Part shown: positions 11,565 through 24,550 of the stretch, in pieces
Layout of the letters: each line of letters opens with the position of its first letter
Numbering within the stretch: the stretch's first letter is position 1
Source: Lingula anatina
Lineage: Eukaryota > Animalia > Brachiopoda
DNA length: 64,000 nucleotides
NCBI GenBank assembly: GCA_051362555.1
Contig: CM120642.1
Span: 26,660,001-26,724,000 of the forward strand
Reading direction: 5' to 3'
Translations under genes and position numbers: made by a program
The notes under the pieces: generated by a model
Database searches by the model: none
Told to the model about the DNA's origin: nothing
What the model saw: the letters and a program-made list of their open reading frames with translations, nothing else

Positions 11565-11944
11565 GTAAGTACTAGGAGTATTCTGATGAATTGTGTGCTG
11601 TTTTTTTTTTCCTAAAATTACTGAAATTGGGTTGAAAGTTTTAGTTTTGTGTCAAAAATGAAATCAATATATGTGGGCAATATATTAAGTTATGACAGCT
11701 GACAATTCAATTATAATCTTGTTTACATAATCCAACAACTCAAGATAACATTCATTTGTAGTTCAAATATCCAATAAGACTAAAATTTAACTGAGCAGTT
11801 GTATTCAATACTTTTGACAGTCATTCCATTTTCCACACTACATTTGTACAATATATTATGCTGATTTTGAGCTTCATATGAATTCAGTGTATTTTAAAAC
11901 TTTCTATCCACAACTCTGCATTTTTAAAAAATTATCTGTTTCAG

Positions 11945-12058
11945 AAAATTAAAAGTAAAATAGTTGACCTTGAACCCATGATTGAACTGGGTCAAGGGAC
12001 ATGTGGCCATGTTGTTAAAATGAAGCACAAGGGCACAGGACATTTACTTGCTGTCAAG
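11945..12058 (+). CDS. MAP2K7: MKK7 exon 4, Gly-rich loop and VAIK lysine (LGQGTCGHV...LAVK)
   Basis: Kinase subdomains I-II, 114 nt. Confidence 0.96.
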
Positions 12059-12203
12059 GTAAGGTATCATATCAGCAAACATGGAGATTGTGAAACCCTG
12101 TTTAACGTTGGTCCCACACAGGGGTCTTCCCAGGATGTGGGGTAAAAAGAGTCCAAAATGTGAATCTGTAATTTGGCCGTCCATTTACAGGGAGTGTAAG
12201 ACT

Positions 12204-12457
12204 AGGTTCCCATACCTAGATTGATCTAATAGGATCGATCCATCTTCGAGGGGTTTCTCACTAAATTGCTTTCATCTTAAGCGGCTTAGATGTCTGGGAT
12301 GCCTACTGAAGCTGCTAAATGATAATTGGTTACCCCCTATCAGCTTCAGTAGGCCTGACAGACATCAAAGCTGCTTAAGTTGATTGCAATATAGCTAGAA
12401 TCTCCTCAGAGATAGATTGATCCACAGTTAGTACAATAGGTCCTGGGAATGGTCCCC
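12204..12457. mobile_element. MITE family A copy 2
   Basis: Internally palindromic; shares termini and core with the 6979 and 54349 copies. Confidence 0.7.
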
Positions 12458-13126
12458 AAAATGTGAATCTGTAATTTGGTCATAGATTTACAGGGAGTCC
12501 AACCAACCAACCCAAACATTTTGTAAGCCCTCCAGCTGTCTTTGAAAGTATAGGCCATCTTTTGAGGCTAATGGCTTTGCCAATAGATGGCTGCATGGCT
12601 CTTTGGGGAAAGCCTTGGTCGGGCAGTAAATGATAGTAAAATTGGAGAAGCAGGGTCAGTAAAATTGTGTAAGCGTGTTCAGTTACTGTATTGGTCGCTG
12701 TTTCTGCTTTGCCCAAAGAGACTCCTAAACCATGTGGCATAAAGAGCCTTTTTGGCTGAAGTGTTTTTGCTGCAGAATGTTTACAAATATTACTGGTCAT
12801 TAAGAAACTTGACAGTCCAGATGAACAGTTGTATTTTGTTATTTTATTGTATCACAGACAATTACTCAGTACATTTTCTTTGTCAAATATTTGACTGACT
12901 TTATCAGTCTTCATCAGAACATCTACTGATCAGATAATTGCTATGGGTAAGCACATAATGGCAGAATTCAAGCTCTCTGAAAGAGCTCACAAAATTGAGT
13001 AATGAGCATCAATCTTAATACTTTAAGATAAGGGCAAATACAAAATTGAATGCGTAAATTATTACCATGTCATTATGTATAAGCATCAGAATATGTTGAG
13101 TTCATAAAAAATGTTTTTCTTTTCAG

Positions 13127-13246
13127 CAAATGAGAAGATCTGGTAATAAAGAAGAAAATAAAAGAATTATCATGGACCTGGATGTAGTCATAAAAAGCCA
13201 TGATTGTTCCTATATAGTGCAATGTGTTGGGTATTTTATTACAGAA
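13127..13246 (+). CDS. MAP2K7: MKK7 exon 5 (QMRRSGNKEENKRIIMDLDVVIKSHDC)
   Basis: Near-identical to the MKK7-diagnostic sequence. Confidence 0.98.
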
Positions 13247-13556
13247 GTAAGTATTTCTTCAGGATGTTATAAAAACTAACCTACTGAGTAAGTGTAAGAA
13301 AGGAACATTAACTGTGAATTCCTTATAATTTACTTACTCATATAACAGATATGTTAAATTAGTTTAATTGAAAAGCCTGTAAACTTAAAACAAAAAGGGT
13401 CAATAATTTTGGGTGAATCAAGTATTCATATTGTACCAAGATGAGTCACATTAAACATGAATTTTAATGCAGCTTATATAATAATTGTGCAGGTTGAACT
13501 GTATAAAACTGGTGTCACAAAGAAAATCTCCCAATATCTTATAATTATTTTTTCAG

Positions 13557-13664
13557 AGTGAAGTATGGATCTGCATGGAATTAATGTCGACATGTTTAGA
13601 CAAATTATTGAAAGTGCTACAAGCACCTATACCTGAGAAGATTATAGGAAAAATGGCAGTAGCA
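13557..13664 (+). CDS. MAP2K7: MKK7 exon 6 (VWICMELMSTCLDKL...IPEKIIGKMAVA)
   Basis: Kinase subdomain V; 108 nt. Confidence 0.97.
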
Positions 13665-14016
13665 GTGAGTATTTATCCTGTGCAATTATTATATTAAAAA
13701 TATTACTGAATTAACCATTTGTAATTTATAATAATCAGAGGTGGCATTATCAACTGCCTCTACAACAACATGCATATGAGTCAATTGTGCCGAATCATAT
13801 CACATTTAAAAATGCTAAAAGTTATTGCTGTTAACTGGATAAGTGGTCTTAGTTGCTCTCTTTACCAAAAAAAGATTTAGACAAGAGATTGAAGCACTAA
13901 GTGTTGTCTTTTCTGTAATGATTGCACATTTTTAATCAAAACAGTTTTAATTCTGGTTACTTCGATGGGCTTTTATGACTTGAAATCGTGATACAACTAT
14001 TTTTCTTTGGTTTCAG

Positions 14017-14068
14017 ATTGTGAAAGCATTGCATTATCTCAAGGAAGAACATGGAGTCATTCATAGAG
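14017..14068 (+). CDS. MAP2K7: MKK7 exon 7 (IVKALHYLKEEHGVIHR)
   Basis: The HRD motif is split across an 8-kb intron. Confidence 0.97.
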
Positions 14069-17000
14069 GTAAATCATCGTTGTTATTTTTGCTATCCACA
14101 TTTATGTGGGCTCAGTATAACAGTTATATTTTATCTGGAACCAAATTTTATTCAAACGCTTCTGTTAGAAAGAACATTACCTTACCCCTAAGTTATTAAA
14201 TTTATTTTGCAACGATGGTTTGAGATGCATGTTTCTTTATCAGCTCAAGGCTGTGAGTATCTGTTGAAAGGTTTTCATAATAAAAGGTATCTTTTGTGTG
14301 TCTCACCTGAAGCAAGGCACTTAAAATGTAGAACCTCTGTTGCATTGGCATCTTGTACTATCAGAAAAAAATCAGATAAACTGATAAAAGTTTGTGGTAT
14401 TTTTCTATATTTTACACAAATACTGAAAAAAGTCTTAGAATATAAGATCAGGAGAGGATATGTGTAATATGTGGATGGATGTTATAGTTCTTTGAAGTTT
14501 GATCTTTGAAAGCATGCCCTGGATTGTCATAGGCAGGATGTTACAGAGATTAAGTGATGAAAGATAGGATAGGTGGGGATGATTTTCAAGACAGTCTCTT
14601 GCGTCATAATTTAGATGTCATCATTGAAAACTTTTCATCAAACTAAAGAACTTTCAATTGAAGATTGCTAGCTTTGTGATATATCCATTTAAAGGTTGGA
14701 TTTTGTGTGTTGAGGAAAATCTAAGACTTTGTTTTAAATGTATTAGCAAACTTTTTGCAAAATTATTCCATTTAATTCAGGTTTTATTTATTGCACTTCA
14801 CCATGAAATAGAGCAGGGCGTTTGCCCTGTTGCTCTTGTGTTTTTTTTCATTTGTTTTCCTGTGATGTGATGTTATATCATGGTTAAGCATTGTTCAGTT
14901 TGAGGAGTTGTGACAGAAGTCTGCATTTAGTTTTGGGAAGATTGAAAGTATGTCATCATGGCAAAGATGGTCCCTCACACATGTTACACATTACACCAGT
15001 AGGCCTTCCACATCGAGGACCAGTTTCATAAATGGTCTCTAAATGTTTTGTTTAATCTTAAACAGCCTTTAGATCATGCCAGATTTAGGAAAGATCTCCA
15101 GACAGCCTGAATCAAAGAAGTCAGCATTTCTGTTCATTGTTTAAATGTAGGATAAACATGATAGTGGAATCTGGGCATGATTGGGGGGACTAAGAGAAAT
15201 TCCGGTCTCTATAACATCGTTTAGACAAGCACAATTCTAGAATGGAAATAGGTCTAGAGTGTTGTAATCAGCTGTTTTGACAAGCCATTTGAGCTAATTT
15301 CTATTGAAAAGTCCTGGACCAGGTATAAATTGGACTTGAATGATTCTTTATGTAAATGAAGCCTTACTAGTATTTAGATGTCCATTTTAAAATGTTGAGC
15401 TAGGCAATTCTTTTTTAAAAAGAAAGGGCCTTAAACTTTTTGTGCAAAATCATTCAGACATGCACCGTCCTTTCACTTTACTTAAGCATGCAGATATCAG
15501 GAAGGAGAATTCTTTTCATTTTCAAGATTTTCTCCTTTTTAATTTGGAAAAGATAATTTTTTAATTAGCTGGATTTCAAATAAAGTGTCAGTGGTGGGTA
15601 TTGGATTGAAGAGTAGAGTTTTTCTCTTTCATCATCATTCTCTGTATCCATCAGTGGGGCATGTGATCAACATCAGAAAAATAAACCTGTATTTTTTAGA
15701 AGTTCCTGATGGGTTTGACCCTCTACAAGTTCTTGAATATACATTATTAGATAGACTTGCAGGCTGGCGAATAATCAAAAAGTAATAAACTAGCAAGTCA
15801 CTTCTTGGAAGCAGACTGTGTGAAACTTTGTCAAAGGCACACTTATGGAAAGCTGTCAAAGTCAAAGGGGTACATACTTTGGCAAGTAAACATGATTACA
15901 CGTTGTTGATAGATTTTTTCTGACTTCTGTGTTCATTGATTTTTTTTCTGACTTTTGTTACGTAATCTCCCAGCATTTTTGAAAATGTCATTTTTGGCTT
16001 CAAGGTTTCTCTCATCATCGAACCATGGAGGCATGGTTCAACAGTGGTAAAACACTGTGAAACAATCACTCAAAATACTGAAAGATGTGATTTAAATTTA
16101 ATCAGCTGTAGATAAAATAGAAAAAGTTCAAGTTAGGTGTAAAAATTGAAGAGTAAAATTTCTTTGGTGGTGTCCTGCCTACCTGAGTACGAACAGGGGG
16201 TCCAACAAATGAACTGAGACATTGCTTGTCCAGTGATGCTTAACAATCACTGAACATTTCATGATTTTCTTTAAACTACTAATTCAGAAGCTGTGTACTT
16301 GAAAGTGAAATGAATATTAATTATATTATCCTTCCCAAAATAAGTTTTATGGTTCAACAGTGCTTCAAGAGACATCCAGATCAGACTGACAACTCAGCTC
16401 ATCATGATCCTATTTCTTATCTTCATGATAGCATTAAATGTGTCTCATAACATTTTATTAGGTGTAGGCAAGCTTATTCTATATTTAAAAAATCTATATT
16501 CATGAAATCAGAAAGAATTTTTTTACTGTATATTTTAGATAAATAAATGAATACAGATGGTATGAATTAAAAATCAATTGTTTAACAAATTGTATTTTTT
16601 ATATAAATAAATAAATACAGATGGTATGAATAAAAAAGCAATTCTTTAACAATTTTTTGGCAAAAGCAGGATGCAACACCCTTAATTAGATAACTTTAAA
16701 GGAAAATCAGAGCTGTGAGTTTAATTGGACTGATAGGGTTATGTAGAAGAACTTCATGTTACCATGATAGAATGCAATGAAAAATACACTAAACATAACT
16801 GTTGAATGGAAACTTTTATTTTATTTTTTCTAGTGCCTTAAAATGGTTTATGAGATGTTTATTGGTTAATATATTAGGCTCAACCTGTATGAACTGTGAG
16901 CACCTGTAAGGGAAAACTGTTTAGCGTAAAATTGAGATTGGTACATGACTCCTTAGAAATATTCAAAATTTACCATTGAGATGTGCTCTGCATTGAAGCA

Positions 17001-17431
17001 TCACAAGCAGTAATTATTATGCCTTGTTAATAATGCCTTCTTTTAATCTAGTTGAATGATTATAGAATGAGTTTTCATTCTGAGGTTGCTTAGTCTCAGG
17101 CCTACCCAACTACCAGACTCTGCACCGAATGATCCTGCATTCATTGGTATATCGGACCACACCACCCGTTTTCAAGGTGGGCATCAGTGCGCGCTTCAAA
17201 GTATTGGTTGCAACACTGCTCTTGCCTAGTACGCGATGTGATAGTGATGATTCTCAGCAGGGTCGGAAAGTAGTGCATCTCATCTCAAAATTTGTTCCGG
17301 GGTATGATACTGTGAAATGCGTACTGACACACAGACCTTTAAAACCGGTAGTGTGGTCCGATCTACCGGTGAATTCCAGATCATTCAAGTCTGGTAGTTG
17401 GGTAGGCCCAAGTCTAAGCAGATTATGGATG

Positions 17432-17595
17432 AACAATGGTTTCCTGAACAGGATCCAATATTCTGTTGAAAGTTGTCCAGTCTGAGCAGACTTCATTAGG
17501 TACAATGGGTTCCTTAACAGGATCCAGTCTTTGGTTCAAAGTTGCCCAGTCTGATCAGACCGCAGCTGGTACAATGGTTTCCTGGGCAGGACATG
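17432..17595. repeat. 69-bp tandem repeat, ~2.4 copies
   Basis: CAATGG(T/G)TTCCT at 17434, 17503 and 17572. Confidence 0.8.
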
Positions 17596-18079
17596 TCAAT
17601 TTCAATCAGTAAAATGGATTAAGTAAACAGGGGAAACTTTGAGGTAAAAGGTTCGATGGCTCAAGTTATGTGCTTTGAAGATTCTACTTGAAAGACAGAT
17701 TTCGTTACAGTGGCCTGAATTGCCCCATTGGTTTTTCCCATTTCTAAAACTAATCTCGATTCAGTTCAGCTGTACTGCCCTGGTAGGGACAAGCATGTGG
17801 TAAAATTACCGCGGGCGTCTCTCAGCCCTTCTGCACACTGATAGTTTGTATACTAACAATGAACTGTGACCAGAGAGAGACCAACCTGCAGTCACCCATA
17901 TCTTCTCACTTGAAAGATCGTCCTAAAATAGTTCTGCCTTCTGTCTGAATGATTTTTTACAGGTTGATTGAAAATGGTACGCAAAATGTAAGGTGTTGAT
18001 ATTGGCTAATTAAACATAGGTCTTACTTAATGGAAATTTAAGATGTGTAACATGGATAAGCCCTGGTGTGACCTGAATC

Positions 18080-21000
18080 ATTGTACCACCAGCGTTAGCG
18101 CTGGCGGTACACATGGTTTCGGTTCCGTCCGGATCGTTCCGCCGGCTCCGCCGGCTCCGCCGGCTCCGTTGGCTCCGCCGGCTCCGCCGGCTCCGCCGGA
18201 CGGCTACCGTTACCGCTTCTCCTCCTAGGCGGTAAGGTCCCCCGTACCCATCTCTTGGATTTAGGTCACCTATAATCTCAACTCGTTCCACGTAAAATTT
18301 GGGCTTTGTCGGTATTGGGGTCTGGGTGTGGCACTCATTGAAATGCACCCTTGTCCAAAAATGGCAAAATTAAATGCTAATTATCTACCCTACGGAAGGG
18401 GTTATGGGAAAAATTTCTACAGACGGCTTTCCAAAAGTCATATGTGTAGATTTCAAATATGCCCTTGGATTTGACCTTTGACCTTTACTTCAAGGTCAAA
18501 CGGGCCAAAATTTTCAAAAAAATTAAATTTTTTACGAAAAAAAATTTTTTTGCCCTGTTATTCAGACACCACACAGACTTAACCAATAATATTATTGGAA
18601 AGTGTTACCCTTCAGGTCATCCTTCATCTCCGTGAATTTGGGGTCAATCAGTGCATTTTCACCGGAGTAGCGGCCATAAGATGGCGAAACTGAAAACTGT
18701 CTCTAATTCGGGAACCGTTAATGCTAGAGACCCATTCTTTTTTGCATTTTGTAGAGCATGTAAAGCCCAACACTGGAGGTGGTCTCCGTTTTTTTGTATT
18801 CCGTACGGTTTTCAAGTTATGCTGTATCAGAAAGTACATATTGGTGGTGAAAGCAAAATGTGCAGTACGGTAATGGATAATAAATTTTGAACTCCAGAAA
18901 AATAAAACATAAGGCTTGGCAAAGCAGACAACTTGTGGTCAAAAATGACATTATTTCATCAAATTTGAACTTCTGGAACTTCAGAGCACCTCCCATTTCA
19001 AGAATTTTGACCAAAATGACATTTTCTTTATTTTAATTAATTTTTGCTGTAGGAAATTTATGGCACATTAAGGTAATTCCAAAATTATAACATTTAGTCC
19101 CTTATATCTCCAAAACTGGCAGAGATAGGTCCATAGTTACTATTGAAGTTGAATAGGAAGTCATATACTGGCAATCTTACTGTGACCTTGAAATTGACCT
19201 TTGACCTACTTTTCACCATGAACTGAACTTTGCAAATTTTGCTTCCCTTTTATCTCCAAAACTGGCAGAGATAGGTCCATAGTTACTATTGAAGTTGAAT
19301 AGGAAGTCATATACTGGCAATCTAAATGTGACCTTGAAATTGACCTTTGACCTACTTTTCACCATGAATTGAACTTTGCAAATTTTGCTTCCCTTTTATC
19401 TCCAAAACTGGCAGAGATAGGTCCATAGTTTCTATTGAACTTGAATATGAAGTCATATACTGACAATCTAAATGTGACCTTGAAATTGACCTTTGACCTA
19501 CTTTTCACCTTGAACTGAACTTTGCAAATTTTGCTTCCCTTTTATCTCCAAAACTGGCAGAGATAGGTCCATAATTACTATTGAACTTGAATAGGTCGTC
19601 ATATACTGGCAATCTTACTGTGACCTTGAAATTGACCTTTGACCTACTTTTCATCATGAACTGAACTTTGCAAATTTTGCTTCCCTTTTATCTCCAAAAC
19701 TGGCAGAGATAGGTCCATAGTTTCTATTGAAGTTGAATAGGAAGTCATATACTGGCAATCTTACTGTGACCTTCAAATTGACCTTTGACCTACTTTTCAC
19801 CATGAATTGAACTTTGCAAATTTTGCTTCCCTTTTATCTCCAAAACTGGCAGAGATAGGTCCATAGTTACTATTGAAGTTGAATAGGAAGTCATATACTG
19901 GCAATCTAAATGTGACCTTGAAATTGACCTTTGACCTACTTTTCACCATAAATTGAACTTTGCAAATTTTGCTTCCCTTTTATCTCCAAAACTGGCAGAG
20001 ATAGGTCCATAGTTACTATTGTATTGAATAGGAAGTCATATACCGGCAATCTTACTGTGACCTTCAAATTGACCTTTAACCTACTTTTCACCATGAATTG
20101 AACTTTGCAAATTTTGCTTCCCTTTTATCTCCAAAACTGGCAGAGATAGGTCCATAGTTACTATTGAAGTTGAATAGGAAGTCATATACTGGCAATCTAA
20201 ATGTGACCTTAAAATTGACCTTTGACCTACTTTTCACCATGAACTGAACTTTGTAAATTTTGCTTCCTTTTTATCTCCAAATTTACGCTGTATCAAAAAG
20301 TACATATTGGTGGTGAAAGCAAAATGTGCAGTACGGTAATGGATAATTAATTTTGAACTCCAGAAAAACAAAACATAAGGCTTGGCAAAGCAGGCAACTT
20401 GTGGTCAAAAATGACATTGTTTCATCAAATTAGAACATCTGGAACCTCAGAGACCCCCCATTTCAAGAATTTTGACCAAAATGACCTTTTCTTTATTTTG
20501 ATTAATTTTTTCTGTAGGAAATTTATGGCACATTATGGTAACTCCAAAATTATAACATTTAGTCCCTTATATCTCCAAAACTGGCAGAGATAGGTCCATA
20601 GTTACTATTGAAGTTGAATAGGAAGTCATATACTGGCAATCTTACTGTGACCTTGAAATTGACCTTTGACCTACTTTTCACCATGAACTGAACTTTGCAA
20701 ATTTTGCTTCCCTTTTATCTCCAAAACTGGCAGAGATAGGTCCATAGTTACTATTGAACTTGAATATGAAGTCATATACTGACAATCTAAATGTGACCTT
20801 GAAATTGACCTTTGGCCTACTTTTCACCATGAACTGAACTTTGCAAATTTTGCTTCCCTTTTATCTCCAAAACTGGCAGAGATAGGTCCATAATTACTAT
20901 TGAACTTGAATGGGAAGTCATATACTGGCAATCTTTCTGTGACCTTGAAATTGACCTTTGACCTACTTTTCATCACATGAACTTTGCAAATTTTGCTTCC

Positions 21001-21840
21001 CTTTTATCTCCAAAACTGGCAGAGATAGGTCCATAGTTACTATTGAGGTTGAATAGGAAGTCATATACTGGCAATCTTACTGTGACCTTGTAATTGACCT
21101 TTGACCTACTTTTCACCATGAACTGAACTTTGCAAATTTTGCTTCCCTTTTATCTCCAAAACTGGCAGAGATAGGTCCATAGTTACTGTTGTATTGAATA
21201 GGAAGTCATACTGGCAATCTGAATGTGACCTTGAAATTGACCTTTGACCTACTTTTCACCATGAACTGAACTTTGCAAATTTTGCTTCCCTTTTATCTCC
21301 AAATTTACGCTGTATCAAAAAGCACATATTGGTGGTGAAAGCAAAATGTGCAGTACGGTAATGGATAATTAATTTTGAACTCCAGAAAAATAAAACATAA
21401 GGCTTGGCAAAGCAGGCAACTTGTGGTCAAAAATGACATTATTTCATCAAATTAGAACATCTGGAACTTCAGAGCACCTCCCATTTCAAGAATTTTGACC
21501 AAAATGACCTTTTCTTTATTTTAATTAATTTTTTCTGTAGGAAATTTATGGCACATTATGGTAACTGCAAAATTATAACATTTAGTCCCTTATATCTCCA
21601 AAACTGGCAGAGATAGGTCCATAGTTACTATTGAAGTTGAATAGAAAGTCATATACTGACCATTTTTAATTATATTTTTTTGTATATTTTGAGAACTCCT
21701 GTTGATTGCATTTTATAGAGCTTGTCAAGCACAAGACTGGTGATGGTGTCCCTTTTTGGAGGGGGGGGGTCCATACGAATGCGCTTACTCCAGCTGGTGG
21801 TACAATATCCGGAGGCGGTATCGCCTCTCTGATCCTCTAG
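18080..21840 (+). mobile_element. Non-autonomous Helentron-associated (HINE/DINE-1-like) element with internal satellite
   Basis: 5' subTIR ATTGTACCACCAGC plus adjacent palindrome. (CCGGCTCCG)n minisatellite at ~18139-18200. 3' subTIR GCTGGTGGTACAAT at 21793-21806, hairpin GAGGCG-GTAT-CGCCTC at 21812-21827, CTAG end followed by a T run. Confidence 0.8.
18821..21660. repeat. Higher-order tandem repeat: ~285-bp spacer plus 8, 5 and a partial 146-bp unit
   Basis: Unit start ATCTCCAAAACTGGCAGAGATAGG at 19106, 19252, 19398, 19544, 19690, 19836, 19982, 20127; then ~20571-21152; partial at ~21593. Spacer starts at ~18821, 20289, 21309. Confidence 0.95.
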
Positions 21841-22122
21841 TTTTAGATTGGGAGTTTTTTTGTTTACCCTACCAGGGCAAGAAACTGAAGACAGATTTTT
21901 TATGGATTTTTTTTTTTTTTACCAAAGGATTGAGTAGTCCTGGATTGTAGAAACTTAGACAGAAATATTACTGTCACTATATACTGATAAAAAATTATCT
22001 ACCATATTAAATTATTCATTTCTTTTAATACTGCTAAGGCTGTTAATACCTTTTCACTGCTTCTATCACAAGTAAATAAACACCGGCCAAGGAGGGAATA
22101 AAATAAATGTATTACATTTCAG

Positions 22123-22250
22123 ATATCAAGCCCTCCAACATCTTGCTGGATGAAAATGGAGTGGTGAAACTGTGTGATTTTGGCATCAGCGGGAGACTGG
22201 TGGATTCCAAGGCTAAGACAAGGAGTGCAGGATGTGCAGCTTATATGGCA
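22123..22250 (+). CDS. MAP2K7: MKK7 exon 8 (DIKPSNILL...[25 protein letters not shown])
   Basis: MKK7-specific activation loop SKAKT. Confidence 0.99.
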
Positions 22251-22793
22251 GTGAGTTATTCTAGCCTATCCATAACAGGGGCCCCAGCTTGATATCTGTG
22301 CTGTGGAACATGAATGTGTATCATGCATCTTTATGTTTACGTAGATGTTTCTTAGCTCTATTTTTATCATCATTTTAATGCAGGATAGAAGCCTCTCTAT
22401 CTATGCTGTTTTTGTTTTTTTTTTATCAACGTAAGGTGCATGTCTATATTGGAATTACAATTTTGAAGAAAATGTTATCTGTAGTTCTCCATTTTGTAGC
22501 ACTATTTACCATTTAGGTAAATAAAGTGTACTATTTACTCACTGGGTCTGTCTCCAAATTTTTCTTTTGTTTTATATATATTTCCATTGTTACAGTGTTA
22601 AAATGTGACATGTATCCCAGTTGATTAAATTAAGTTGCATTCCCGCAAGTTTGTGGAGATAACACATGCACATACACACACATTCACATGGATGCATGCA
22701 CACACATACACATACATGCACGTGCATGCATGTCACACACTTGCACCTTTAATGCCGCCTATACTTAATAAGGCATGACTTTGTCTATTCCAG

Positions 22794-22874
22794 CCAGAGA
22801 GAATTGAACCCCCTGATCCCACCCGGCCAGACTATGACATCAGGGCCGATGTGTGGAGTCTAGGCATTACTCTG
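22794..22874 (+). CDS. MAP2K7: MKK7 exon 9 (PERIEPPDPTRPDYDIRADVWSLGITL)
   Basis: Subdomains VIII-IX. Confidence 0.98.
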
Positions 22875-24550
22875 GTAAGTCTTAAATCCCATTCCCACAA
22901 AGACATCATTGGTTTATATGGACCGACCCAACACTCCTGGGACTCTCGCTGAGTGCAATCGGCTTAATTGAATGACATGCCTCCTTTTGTTTCAAATATA
23001 CTCGTATAATCACCAGCTTTACTGTATTTTACTCAACAGCAGTTGGAGGCATGTGAATATATTTTTTTCTAAGTCATTTTGAAGTCATATTTTTGGACAG
23101 AGATTTTACCTTAAAAAAGCAGGTCACGTTTTCAAACTTTAACAATTTTAGTTGCTAGCATCTGATTCAGCTTCTAATATTTTGAAATTAAAGCAGTTTA
23201 TGATAGAATGTAAGTGAAAAAAAAAGGAAAATATCACCATCGACTTTTTAAAACCTTTTTACACTTGGACAGCTGGGAAGATACTTCTGGCTCAAAGCCA
23301 GTCGCTCCTATTGAACATGTTGTCTTTTGTGAGAAACAAAATTCTAATTTTATTATCGAAGAACAAAAAAAAAACCCAGACGAAACTGTTAAAAGCTCGC
23401 TTTACGATACATCTCACAGGGCTACCACAAAGATTTGCTCCTTGAAATGTCATCAATTGATAATATCAGGCAACATGATCTGACAGAGTTTAAGAGCTCA
23501 AAAGTCCAAGTCTTGTTTTGTAATAGTATTAAGACCTGCGGGTTATGTGAAGTGACAAAACCTATTACCACCTTGAATCAAATCCTTTAAGCAGACTTCG
23601 AATCTGGATGCTAAATTGAAAAGTTAAAACTTTCTGGATTTGAACATGCTATTGATTGAGTTTAAAGCATCTTGTATTCTGTTGGGATACGTAAGCTTAA
23701 TGTAAAAATTTGTAGTGTTTAAGGAATTTTTCTGTTTATGTGATTGTTAGGACCTAGATAGATGAAGAAGATCAAAATTTACATGATGACCTTTGTGTTT
23801 GTTATAATATAAGTTAAGACAGGTTTTATGTTGTTGATGGTCTACTAGTAAGTGGGTTCACAATTATTTGAGAAAGAAATTGTACTAAATAATCACATTA
23901 ACTCTAAAGTTTTTAAGTGAATCGGTCAATGACTCTGACAAAAGTGAAAGACAATTTAAAAGGCACTGAAATCTTTACACAGCCTGTGACCAGTCATTTT
24001 TAATACGTTAGTACTTAAACAGTTTCCGTTAACCTGCAATTTCTATCATATTACTAAACCGTAGAGTTAAGTAGTATTTTATTGGTTTGGTAGGGGTATT
24101 TTAGTTTTACAAGTTTTTCAATTTCCTGTTTTTTATGCTGTGGTTGGCCATGACCATGTGCAGTGGCAATACTTTTAAGTTTGAGATGTACTAACTTTAA
24201 GATTATATTACATGTCCAGTTTTTTTAATATAGGTAGACTGATCATTTGCAGCAACTCACAAACTTGTGGTGTCTTGTCTGCTATAAATATTTGAAACCA
24301 AATTAAGGCTTAATTATTTGTTTTTATAGACGGAATGATTTATCAACAGTTAGGCATGGGAATTTTCCACCAGTTGGCAGATTTTCTTTCTTTTAAAGGC
24401 CAAATGGCATTTTTGAAATAATCGCAGATCTGATGCACTAGGGGCTTAGAGAATGGAGCGGTAATTTTTGAACTCTGCTCTACTGTTTGCAATCATGGAT
24501 ATTCATACTTGGTTGTTTTACTTGGGAGGGGTGGGGGAAGAGGGATGTAA

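Noticed and set aside
18010-18348. Protamine-like RRSRRS ORF and the opposite PAPPAP ORF
   Set aside because: Produced by the CCGGCTCCG minisatellite of the HINE element.
19100-21660. Regular repeat array as a CRISPR-like locus
   Set aside because: The 146-bp units are near-identical throughout with no unique spacers; eukaryotic intron, no cas genes.
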